Part shown: one piece after another, positions 55,709 to 64,000 of the stretch | How the letters are laid out: each line of letters opens with the position of its first letter | Numbering within the stretch: the first letter of the stretch is position 1 | Assembly: GCA_046758905.1 (NCBI GenBank) | Contig: JBHIBC010000007.1 | Location: forward strand, 2,290-66,289 | Reading direction: 5' to 3' | Origin: Acidobacteriota bacterium | GTDB taxonomy: Bacteria; Acidobacteriota; Polarisedimenticolia; Gp22-AA2 | Length of the DNA: 64,000 nucleotides | Notes under the pieces: model-generated | What the model saw: the letters and a program-made list of their open reading frames with translations, nothing else | What the model was told of the DNA's origin: nothing | The model's database searches: none | Translations under genes and position numbers: made by a program

Positions 55709-57082
55709 ATGAAGCACGAAGAGCGCGTTTCACTGATAAAAACCACGCCCCCGGGCCCCGAGACCCGGCGCCTCATGCGGCGCGAGGCCGAGCTCCTCGC
55801 GCGCGGCGCTTACGGCGCCGAGGGGGAGCGGTTCTTCTTCAGCCGTCGGCAGCGGGGATCCCTCATCGAGGACGTCGATGGCAATCGCTTCATCGATTTC
55901 GGCTCTGGGTGGGCCACCAACAACGTCGGCAGCTGCAACCCCGAGGTCGTCGACGCCGCCAGAGACATGCTGCGCGAATCCGGGGTCGTCTGCTGGACGA
56001 GCAGCGCCAACAGCGTGCAACGGCTCGCCTTGGCGGAGAAGCTCCTGGAGGTCTGCCCGAAACGGACGGACCGCGTCGTCTTCCTGACCACCGGCACCGA
56101 GGCGGTCGAGGGGGCGCTCCGAATCATGCGGCGGGCTTCCGGCCGCCCCTTCGTGATCTCGTTCTACGGGCAGTACCACGGCCTGTCGTACGGCGCCATG
56201 TCGGTGGGACCGCTGCACGCCGCCTTGCGGGACGACGTGGCCCCGCTGGTCAACGGGGTCATCTTCGCGCCGTATCCGTACGCCTACCGGACCCTCCTCC
56301 GCTCGAGTTCGGGCGGAGAAGGCCGAGCGACGCTGGATTTCATCGAGCAGTATCTGCTGACCTACGAGGTCCCTGCATCGAGGATCGCGGGCGTCCTGGT
56401 GGAGCCGGTGGTGGGGGAGGGCGGGGTCTGGGTCCCCCCCGACGACTTCCTGCCGGGGCTGCGCGAGATCTGCGACAGACACGGCTGGTACCTGTGCATC
56501 GACGAGGTCCAGAGCGGCTTCGGGCGCTGCGGCCGGATGTGGGCCTTCGAGCACTGGGGCGTGGAGCCGGACCTGCTCGTCATCGGCAAGGGGCTGTCGG
56601 GCGGCTCGATGCCGATCGCGGCGGTCGCGGCCCGGGCCGACATCATGGATCTCGCCGAGGCGTTCGTCGCCGGGACCTACGCCGGTCATCCTGCGGCCTG
56701 CGCCGCCGCCATCAAGACCATCGAGATCATTCACAGGGATCGGCTCCTGGATCGCGCGAGCGAGCTCGGTGAGCATGGTCTCGGACGCCTCAGGCAGATG
56801 CAACACAGATACCCGGCCGTCGGTGATGTCCGCGGCAAGGGGCTGTGGCTCGCCGCCGAGTTCGTCAAGGATCGGAACACGCGCGAGAAGGACTTCGAGT
56901 TCGCGGACCTGGTCAATCGCGAGTGCCTGCGGCACGGGCTCTACCTCATCCACGACGACATCGCTTGGTTCGCCAGGATTCAGCCCCCCCTGAACATTGA
57001 GCGGTCCCTGTTCGACCAGGGTCTCGACATCCTGGACGACGCCATCCGTGCCCTCGGCGAGAGGCGCGCCCGGGGCGGGTAG
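55709..57082 (+). CDS. Class III PLP aminotransferase family protein
   Basis: FIDFGSG, TTGTEAVE, YHGLS, EPVVGEGG, DEVQSGFGR, IGKGLSGG, GTYAGHP. Confidence 0.92.
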   Translation: MKHEERVSLIKTTPPGPETRRLMRREAELLARGAYGAEGERFFFSRRQRGSLIEDVDGNRFIDFGSGWATNNVGSCNPEVVDAARDMLRESGVVCWTSSANSVQRLALAEKLLEVCPKRTDRVVFLTTGTEAVEGALRIMRRASGRPFVISFYGQYHGLSYGAMSVGPLHAALRDDVAPLVNGVIFAPYPYAYRTLLRSSSGGEGRATLDFIEQYLLTYEVPASRIAGVLVEPVVGEGGVWVPPDDFLPGLREICDRHGWYLCIDEVQSGFGRCGRMWAFEHWGVEPDLLVIGKGLSGGSMPIAAVAARADIMDLAEAFVAGTYAGHPAACAAAIKTIEIIHRDRLLDRASELGEHGLGRLRQMQHRYPAVGDVRGKGLWLAAEFVKDRNTREKDFEFADLVNRECLRHGLYLIHDDIAWFARIQPPLNIERSLFDQGLDILDDAIRALGERRARGG

Positions 57083-57243
57083 CCACGCGACCGCCTGGCG
57101 ACGGCGTGTCGCCGCCCGACCGCGGCCGTCGTCCCGACGCCTGCGTGCCACGTTCTGAAACGACAGCCCCCGGCGACCTGACGGACGGCCCTCCGACGGG
57201 CCGGTGCGCTGCCTAACTTTGAGGCTCATTTCAGGTTGTCCGG

Positions 57244-57272
57244 TTGACAGGAGAGCGGTTTCACCGTACATG
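57244..57272 (+). promoter_or_regulatory. Sigma70-type promoter of the giant subtilase
   Basis: TTGACA-17 nt-TACATG. Confidence 0.55.
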
Positions 57273-57473
57273 CCGATATCGGATGAACGTCGAGGGGGGG
57301 CGTGTCTGCGGGGCCCTGCGGCGGGCCCGCGGAACCGTCCGAGCCCGACGACCTTACAGACATCAACGATCGCAGGACGTGACTAGCGGACGCGATAAAA
57401 CGATCTGTCTCAGATCTCAACGCACTCCTGTCTTCATTTCGAGAACTCGGGGGCATGATTTCAGGGGGGAGCC

Positions 57474-60400
57474 ATGCATTCAAGCCTCAAGCGCCGAACC
57501 ATCCTGAGTGCTCTGTGCGCACTGCTGGTCGTCAGCGGTGCCCTGGCCACGCTCGGCCTGACGTCCGGACGGGGCCGGCACATGAGCGACGAGGAGCTGG
57601 CTCAGTACGCCGGCGATATCGAGTACAGCCGGCTGAACCGCAGGCCCGTGACGTTCGACCGCCGGCCGGGGATGAACCCGCTGGGGGATTTCCGGCCGAT
57701 GTGGAGCCAGACTGACCTGGCGGGCGGCCGGATGATCGAGACGCCTCTCGGGTTCGTCGACCCGGCGGAGATCGCGACGCTGCGGCAGCGCGTGCCGGCC
57801 CTGGCGGGGCGTCCGGGCCGGGGACTCCCCGAGGGAAAGCGCGGGGAGATGCGGGACGGCTTCAACGCCATTCAGCTGACGCAGCGCGCCGTCCGCGAGC
57901 GCGGGCTGCGGTCGATCCGGGAGGAGCTGGCGGCGCTCGGCGTGACGGTGCACGCGGTGATGCCGACGAACGCGCTGCTGGTGGAGGTGCCCGGGAGGGC
58001 GGTGCGGGAGCTGTCGGAGGCGGAGTTCCTGGCGGCGGCGATGCCGTGGGGCGCGCAGTTCCGCGTGCAGCCCTCCCTGGGGCGGCGACCGTTGCTGCAG
58101 CGGGACCGGGCGGCCAGCGAGGAGCTGCGGCTCCTGGTGCATCACTTCCCGGGGACGGACCCGGAAGAGGCGCGGGCGGCGCTGGCGCGGATCGCGGGCG
58201 AGGACAACGTGATCCCTTGGTCGGCCGTGAACCCGCTGTCGTTCGCGGTCCAGGCCCACTACTCGCGCTTACCCGCGATCGCCGGGCTGCCGCGGGTGAT
58301 GATGGTCGAGGAGGAGCCGGAGTACCTGCTGCAGTCGGTCGAGATCCCGACCACCGTCATGGTGGGGAACCTCAAGGAGAACCTCCCGTTCCAGAAGCCG
58401 TACCACGACGCGGGCGTGGACGGCGGCGGCGTCGACGGCGACGCCCTGGGGATCGCCGACGGCGAGCGGATCAACGACGGCAGCGACGTGGTGCCTCCGC
58501 AGATCGTGGCCGTGACGGACAACGGGGTGTCCTACGACTCGGTGGGATTCTCGCAGACGGGGACGCAGGCGATCACGCTGACCCGGCCGATCGGCCCGAG
58601 GCACAGGAAGGTCCACTCCATCCAGGCGGTGGAGGACACGGGAACGACCTGCGACGCGACCCTGTCGGGCGGCGGGACGCACGGCAACGTCGTGGCGGGG
58701 GTGATCGCGGGCGACGGATCGTCGGTAGGAGCTGCCGTCGACATCCACATCTACAACATCCGGGCCCGCGTCAATAAGCTGAGCATGGACGGGGTGGCGC
58801 GCGGAGCGCGAATCCTCATGCAGGACGCCGCGAGCGCCAGCCGCTGCACCATCGGCGCGCTCGTCGAGCAGGGCGGCAACGTCGCCCCCGGGGCGTTGCT
58901 GGATCGGCTCACCCTCGCGATCTGCCCGAGCGACGCCACCGGTACCGGGGCCTGCGCGGGACTGGTTGGAGGCGGCGAGGATGTCCACCTGCACGTCATG
59001 CCCTTCGGCGTGCCGAATTTCGGCGTGCAGCTCGAGTTCACCGACCAGGGGGACTACCCGCAGGACTCCCGGGACATCGATGCCTTCCTGGTGAATCACC
59101 GCGACTACATGGTCTTCGTCCCGGTCGGCAACGTCGGGACGCGGCTGCCCCAGGACTTCTCCCCCTTCCAGGGCGAGGTCCGCAGCCGCTACCCGGACCT
59201 GTTCAACGGCACGGCGCTGGACAACGACCCGAACGAGCCGAGCGGCCTGCAGATCGCGCCGCCGGCGACCGCGAAGAACATCGTCTCGGTGGGCAGCCAC
59301 TTCCAGGACACCCAGACGCAGTTCAGCTCGAACCTGGAGGAGAACCCGTCGAACTTCACCGCGAAGGGGCCCGCCACCTCCGCGTCGCTGCGGATGGCGC
59401 CGATGATCCTGAGCGTCGGCGGAGACGTGACCGGCTTCTTCTTCGGGCCGAACACCACCTCCGCGTCGGTGTGGCGCAGCATGGACAACGACAACAACAG
59501 CCCCGTCGAGGCCGTCCTGGACGGGATCAACTTCGGGACGTCGTACGCGGCGGCGGCGGTCGCCGGAGCCGCGGCGCTGGTGCGGGACTATTTCGCTCAG
59601 GGCTTCTATCCGACGGGGACCCGGGTCGACGGCGACCGGATCCCCAACGTGTCGGGGCCGATGGTGAAAGCGGCGATCGCGGCGTCGGCGAACTTCCTGG
59701 AGCAGATAGGGACGGACTACCCGACGCCGTCCGACCGCAGCGTGGCATTCGCGCGGGCGGTGAACCTGTCCATCGTGGCGGGATCGAACGTCGGCGTGAT
59801 CGGGAACAACGAACAGGGGTACGGACGCCCGGTCCTGACGTCCGTGCTGCCGCTGGCGAACTGGCCGACGGGCAAGGGGATCGGGTCCCCGGACACGGTG
59901 GAGTACCCGGCGGCGGGACTCATCGTGTACGACGAGCTGGCGACGGGGGAGCCGGCGATCCGCCACGAGACGCGGCCGGTGATCGAGCACGACTTCGTGG
60001 TCGACTCGGACAGCACGCTGCTGGTGCCGACGCCCGGGGGCACGGCGCGCGTGGTCTCGCGGGGCCAGTTGCGGGTGGCGCTGGCCTGGAGCGACGTGCC
60101 GGATCTGCTGGGGCCCGGGGGCCTGCTGATGAACGACCTGGACCTGGAGGTGGTGTCGCCGGGCCCGGACGCGGCGCTGGGGACCTCGGACGATATCGTC
60201 TATGACGGCAACGTGTACCATCTCGGGCAGGGGCTGAAACTGGGCCAGTGGAGCGTCGGCCGCGCGGCGGCGGAGCCGGACGTGTCCGACCGTCGCAACC
60301 CGATCGAGGCGGTGCACCTTTCGGCGGACCCGGACGGCGACGGGAATCCCCAGGACTCACAGCTGTTCACGGGGACGTGGCGCGTCCGAGTGAAGCAGGG

Positions 60401-63400
60401 CGCCGGCGGGGCCCTGCCGGGACAGATCGTGGTGCTGGATGGGCCGGATGAGGACGCCAACGGCAACGGGCGGCTGGACCCCGGGGAGGATCTGGATTCC
60501 GACGGGTTCCTGGATGCTGACGGGCAGCCGTACGGCCTGGTGGTCGCCGGTCCGGTGCTCGGGGTGGGAACCCAGACGACCGTGAACGGAACGATCGCGT
60601 TTCCGGGCAGCGCGGCGCGGCTGGAGAAGAGCCTGTACGGGTGCGCCGAGGACGTGGTTGCGACGGTGTTCGACATGGGCGTGACGGCCTCCGCGGTGTC
60701 GGCGGCGACGACGTTCGAGGTGGTCACGACCGACGGGCAGGTCGTGGACACCGAGTCGGGGATCGGGTTCAGCAACGGCGCCGCCAACTCGTTCACGTCG
60801 TCCGCGGTGCCGCTGCGGCAGGCGCGCGGCGGGGCGGTGAGCTACAACGGCGTTCTGGAGACGCGGGGCAACATTGCGGACGAGCCCTACTTCGTCCGGG
60901 CCCGGTACGCCGATACGCCGCGTGACGCGGTGGCCTCGTCGCGGATCTCCTGCGATCCGAACCTGCTGGCCTGGAGGTTCCTGATCGAGAACGAGAACGG
61001 GACGGACCAGGTGCTGATCGGCGGCGGGTGCGACCGGGACCAGTTCATGGATGCGGACGAGAACGTGACCTACTCGGTGACCTTCGTGAACTCGAACCGG
61101 GACCACGACCTGACGGACGTGCGGGCGTTCCTCGCGGCGTCGGGGCCGGGGGCGTCGGCGGTGCGGGTACTGAACTCGCCGCTGAACATGGGCCGGATCC
61201 CCGGCGGGCAGATCACGTCGGCCACCTTCTCCCTGCACATCGACGGCGCGGCGGTGGCGGCGCTGGCGGAGGCGGACCGCATCGTCAACATGACGCTGAC
61301 GCTGGAGGGGAACTCGGATCGGATCCAGCTGGATCGGCAGGTGTTCACCTTCAAGCATGCGCTGAACTCGGACTACGAGACGTTCCACTACTCGACCGAC
61401 TACCCGTTCGGCGGCCGCGAGATCCGCGACTTCAACAGGAATCTCCAGATCGACGCGGCGGACGTCTCCGACCCGTTCCTCGGCATCCAGTTGCCCGACG
61501 AGGATCTGATCTTCGATTCGATGTTCGTGCCGGGCACGGCCACCGGCCTGGTGACGAACACCCTGGGAGAGGACCTGAACGACAACGGCGTGCTCGACGG
61601 GGGCGAGCGGGACGTCATCCCGAACGGCATCCTGGACAGGGGGATCATCGCCGGCCCGACCCCGAGCAGCGCCGACAGGGCGCCGTTCCACTTCGACGCC
61701 AACGACGGCGGCTTCACGGGGCTGCGCCACCCGGCCAGCGTTCCGGGCGCCGCCTCCGGCGTGGCCTGGGAGTGGGTGCGCCGCGGCGTGTGCGGCTTCC
61801 AGACCGCCATTCAAGACAACAATGATTTCAATAATCTGGGGGCCGGCATCTGGCACACCGGGGACGGCAACCCGGCCACCCCGAGCGATGCGGCCTCGGC
61901 CTGCGACAGCCACGCCACGGCGTTCGACACCGCCACGCCCCCGGAGGTGGAGTTCTTCCAGGACTTCCTGGTGTCGCCGATCATCGCCAAGGTGCACCAG
62001 AAGCTCGATGCGCGCGGGCTGGAGTACAGCGCCGAGTTCCAGCGCATCGGCTTCAACCTCCAGATGCAGACGCAGGACGGTCTGACCGGCGGGTCGGTCA
62101 ACGTCGACAACAACGTCGACGACGACACCGGCAACTGTCTGCTGTGCCAGCCGTTCGATTTCACTTACGGCGGCATCGACTACCAGGTGGGCGACCTCGG
62201 CAGCAGCGGCTCCGGGGTCTTCCCGGGCGGGGTCGGCCTGCGCCAGCGGACCTTCGGGCCGCTGGAGGATCCGGACGGATCGTTCGCGGGTTGTCCGGGG
62301 GCGGGGCCCAACCTCAGCGGCGACGAGACGGGATTCACGGCCTGCACGCAGGACACCAACCCGAACAGCGGCAGCCCGATCCCCCTCGCGCCCGCCAATC
62401 TGCTGCCGTATCCGGTCCCCGACGCGCCCACGGTCCTGTCGTTCGAGAAGTCGTGCAGCGGCGACCCGCTGCGCCTGTGCGAGACCGACGCCGACTGCGA
62501 TCCGGGCGACACCTGCGAGAACAGGCCGTGGACCAATGATGTCGCCGGACCGGTGCGCAACCTGGAGTACACGCTGGTGACCTACGAGGCCGGCTTCATC
62601 TCGCTCATGGAGGGGCCGGGCGCGGACGAGACGGCGGCGGTCACCCCCTTCACGGTCAACCCCGGCAACCGCTGGCAGATCGCCATCGGCTTCTGGGACA
62701 TCGAGACGCTCGACAACCTGACCGACTACGGGATGGGCGTTGACGACGTGGTGTTCGAGTGGGACGAGCGGCACCCGGTGGACGAGGCGGCCCTCGGCCA
62801 CACCCCCGCCTGCCTGAGATTCGACCAGCCGGGGCAGGCGGCGGGACTGCAGTGCGGCTCCCTCTCGGTCGACCGCACCGCCCTGTTCGAGTGCGACGAG
62901 ACGCTGACCGTCACGGTCAACGACCCGAAGCGGGAAGGAGCGGGATCGGTGGCCGTGTTCGCCGCCTCCGACAGCGACGCCCGGCCGTTCAGCACCGGGG
63001 TGGTGACGGCGCTCCACCCGGTGAAGAGCTTCGAGCTGCCGGAGGTCGCCCCGGGTCTGTTCTCCGGGAACGTGACCATCACCCAGACCCTGAACACCGG
63101 CACGTCTCTGTTCGTCTCCACCCAGGACGACTCGATCCAGTTCTACTACCTCGACCCTCTGTGCGACGGGAACGGCAACGGGGTGCCGGGACAGACGGGG
63201 TTCGACAACCTGGACGGGGACGGGGTGATCTTCGACGCCGACAACTGCCCGTTCGACTACAACCCGGGCCAGGAGGACGCGGACGGCGACCTGCTGGGGG
63301 ACATCTGCGACAACTGCCCGAACAACGCCAACGCGGACCAGGCGGATTCCGACGGTGACGCGGTCGGCGACGTGTGCGACCTGGACGATATCGACTTCGA

Positions 63401-64000
63401 CGGAGTGGTGAACTCGCTGGACAACTGTCCGGACGTGTTCAACCCGCTGCAGACGCCCGCCGGCGGGGCCTCCGCAAGAGGGTCGGCATGCAACCAGAAC
63501 ACCGACCGGGACGCCGACGGCATCAACGACCGCCAGGACAACTGCGTGCGCACGCCGAACGCGGCCCAGACGGATCTGGACAGCGACGGCATCGGGGACG
63601 CCTGCGACGGCGACTGCGTCGGCGCGCGGGCCGATTCCCTTGCCACCGGCACCTGCAGCCGGTCGAGCGACATGCTCTGCGAGCTGGACACCGACTGTCC
63701 GACCTCCGGCGTCTGTCTCGAGGACCCGGAGACGGTCTGCACCGGCAGCGGTCCGCAGTGCACCTGCACGGACATCTCGCAGGAGACCTGCTCGCTGCTG
63801 GGGGTGGTCAACGAGGGCGCCTGCGGCAGCACCGACGACGACGTCGACATCGACGGGGTGACCGACGCCATCGACAACTGCCCGGTGGTCTTCAACGAGC
63901 CGATCGTCCCCGGGACGACCCGCCAGGCCGATTCCGATCGCGACGGCGTCGGAGACCAGTGCGACTCGATCTTCATGACGGACGGCGACAACAACGGGAT
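57474..64000 (+). CDS. Giant secreted S8 subtilase (KP-43/TagC-like) with Ca-binding, Cys-rich and thrombospondin type-3 repeats (partial, >=2175 aa)
   Basis: Not in ORF track; read manually with no stop to the window end. GGGGGAG RBS and signal peptide. Catalytic residues D349 (VTDNG), H403 (THGNVVAG), N553 (VGNVG), S690 (GTSYA). Also PATAKN, VRDYFAQGFYPTG, LRVALAWSD..NDLDL, and five DNC[PV] TSP3 units from about 63210. Confidence 0.92.
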   Translation, partial: MHSSLKRRTILSALCALLVVSGALATLGLTSGRGRHMSDEELAQYAGDIEYSRLNRRPVTFDRRPGMNPLGDFRPMWSQTDLAGGRMIETPLGFVDPAEIATLRQRVPALAGRPGRGLPEGKRGEMRDGFNAIQLTQRAVRERGLRSIREELAALGVTVHAVMPTNALLVEVPGRAVRELSEAEFLAAAMPWGAQFRVQPSLGRRPLLQRDRAASEELRLLVHHFPGTDPEEARAALARIAGEDNVIPWSAVNPLSFAVQAHYSRLPAIAGLPRVMMVEEEPEYLLQSVEIPTTVMVGNLKENLPFQKPYHDAGVDGGGVDGDALGIADGERINDGSDVVPPQIVAVTDNGVSYDSVGFSQTGTQAITLTRPIGPRHRKVHSIQAVEDTGTTCDATLSGGGTHGNVVAGVIAGDGSSVGAAVDIHIYNIRARVNKLSMDGVARGARILMQDAASASRCTIGALVEQGGNVAPGALLDRLTLAICPSDATGTGACAGLVGGGEDVHLHVMPFGVPNFGVQLEFTDQGDYPQDSRDIDAFLVNHRDYMVFVPVGNVGTRLPQDFSPFQGEVRSRYPDLFNGTALDNDPNEPSGLQIAPPATAKNIVSVGSHFQDTQTQFSSNLEENPSNFTAKGPATSASLRMAPMILSVGGDVTGFFFGPNTTSASVWRSMDNDNNSPVEAVLDGINFGTSYAAAAVAGAAALVRDYFAQGFYPTGTRVDGDRIPNVSGPMVKAAIAASANFLEQIGTDYPTPSDRSVAFARAVNLSIVAGSNVGVIGNNEQGYGRPVLTSVLPLANWPTGKGIGSPDTVEYPAAGLIVYDELATGEPAIRHETRPVIEHDFVVDSDSTLLVPTPGGTARVVSRGQLRVALAWSDVPDLLGPGGLLMNDLDLEVVSPGPDAALGTSDDIVYDGNVYHLGQGLKLGQWSVGRAAAEPDVSDRRNPIEAVHLSADPDGDGNPQDSQLFTGTWRVRVKQGAGGALPGQIVVLDGPDEDANGNGRLDPGEDLDSDGFLDADGQPYGLVVAGPVLGVGTQTTVNGTIAFPGSAARLEKSLYGCAEDVVATVFDMGVTASAVSAATTFEVVTTDGQVVDTESGIGFSNGAANSFTSSAVPLRQARGGAVSYNGVLETRGNIADEPYFVRARYADTPRDAVASSRISCDPNLLAWRFLIENENGTDQVLIGGGCDRDQFMDADENVTYSVTFVNSNRDHDLTDVRAFLAASGPGASAVRVLNSPLNMGRIPGGQITSATFSLHIDGAAVAALAEADRIVNMTLTLEGNSDRIQLDRQVFTFKHALNSDYETFHYSTDYPFGGREIRDFNRNLQIDAADVSDPFLGIQLPDEDLIFDSMFVPGTATGLVTNTLGEDLNDNGVLDGGERDVIPNGILDRGIIAGPTPSSADRAPFHFDANDGGFTGLRHPASVPGAASGVAWEWVRRGVCGFQTAIQDNNDFNNLGAGIWHTGDGNPATPSDAASACDSHATAFDTATPPEVEFFQDFLVSPIIAKVHQKLDARGLEYSAEFQRIGFNLQMQTQDGLTGGSVNVDNNVDDDTGNCLLCQPFDFTYGGIDYQVGDLGSSGSGVFPGGVGLRQRTFGPLEDPDGSFAGCPGAGPNLSGDETGFTACTQDTNPNSGSPIPLAPANLLPYPVPDAPTVLSFEKSCSGDPLRLCETDADCDPGDTCENRPWTNDVAGPVRNLEYTLVTYEAGFISLMEGPGADETAAVTPFTVNPGNRWQIAIGFWDIETLDNLTDYGMGVDDVVFEWDERHPVDEAALGHTPACLRFDQPGQAAGLQCGSLSVDRTALFECDETLTVTVNDPKREGAGSVAVFAASDSDARPFSTGVVTALHPVKSFELPEVAPGLFSGNVTITQTLNTGTSLFVSTQDDSIQFYYLDPLCDGNGNGVPGQTGFDNLDGDGVIFDADNCPFDYNPGQEDADGDLLGDICDNCPNNANADQADSDGDAVGDVCDLDDIDFDGVVNSLDNCPDVFNPLQTPAGGASARGSACNQNTDRDADGINDRQDNCVRTPNAAQTDLDSDGIGDACDGDCVGARADSLATGTCSRSSDMLCELDTDCPTSGVCLEDPETVCTGSGPQCTCTDISQETCSLLGVVNEGACGSTDDDVDIDGVTDAIDNCPVVFNEPIVPGTTRQADSDRDGVGDQCDSIFMTDGDNNG

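Overview
This is a GC-rich bacterial chromosomal segment from a diderm organism (TonB-type barrels, lipoproteins). The gene style suggests Acidobacteriota, which is an inference. Most of the window is housekeeping: a GldA/GldF-GldG/DUF4340 ABC system, pcrA, glmS, glmU, folK-dnk-panB-panC, coaE, folD, thiolase-hbd, a DUF1998 helicase fused to an RNase H-like exonuclease, HU, mtaB, purD, an M48 protease, a LysM amidase, gatCA, cysS, an ECF sigma/anti-sigma/Spy-like module, yraN, tRNA-Gly(GCC) and tRNA-Cys(GCA). I found no transposase, integrase, CRISPR array or rRNA. Two real genes run off the window edges and are missing from the ORF track: a DUF4340-like gene (<1..1295, minus) and a giant secreted KP-43/TagC-type subtilase (57474..>64000, at least 2175 aa, read in frame with no stop). 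The best candidate for an undescribed system is a cell-surface module. It comprises an apparently plug-less OM barrel, a PDZ histidine kinase, a sigma-54 activator, an Oar-like TonB receptor with a Ca-binding repeat insert, and the giant subtilase. The receptor and the subtilase share a 22-aa motif (16/22 identical) and an identical 13-bp promoter segment. Other oddities are a protamine-like in-frame extension on GlmU, a tandem secretin-like protein and several likely leaderless genes.
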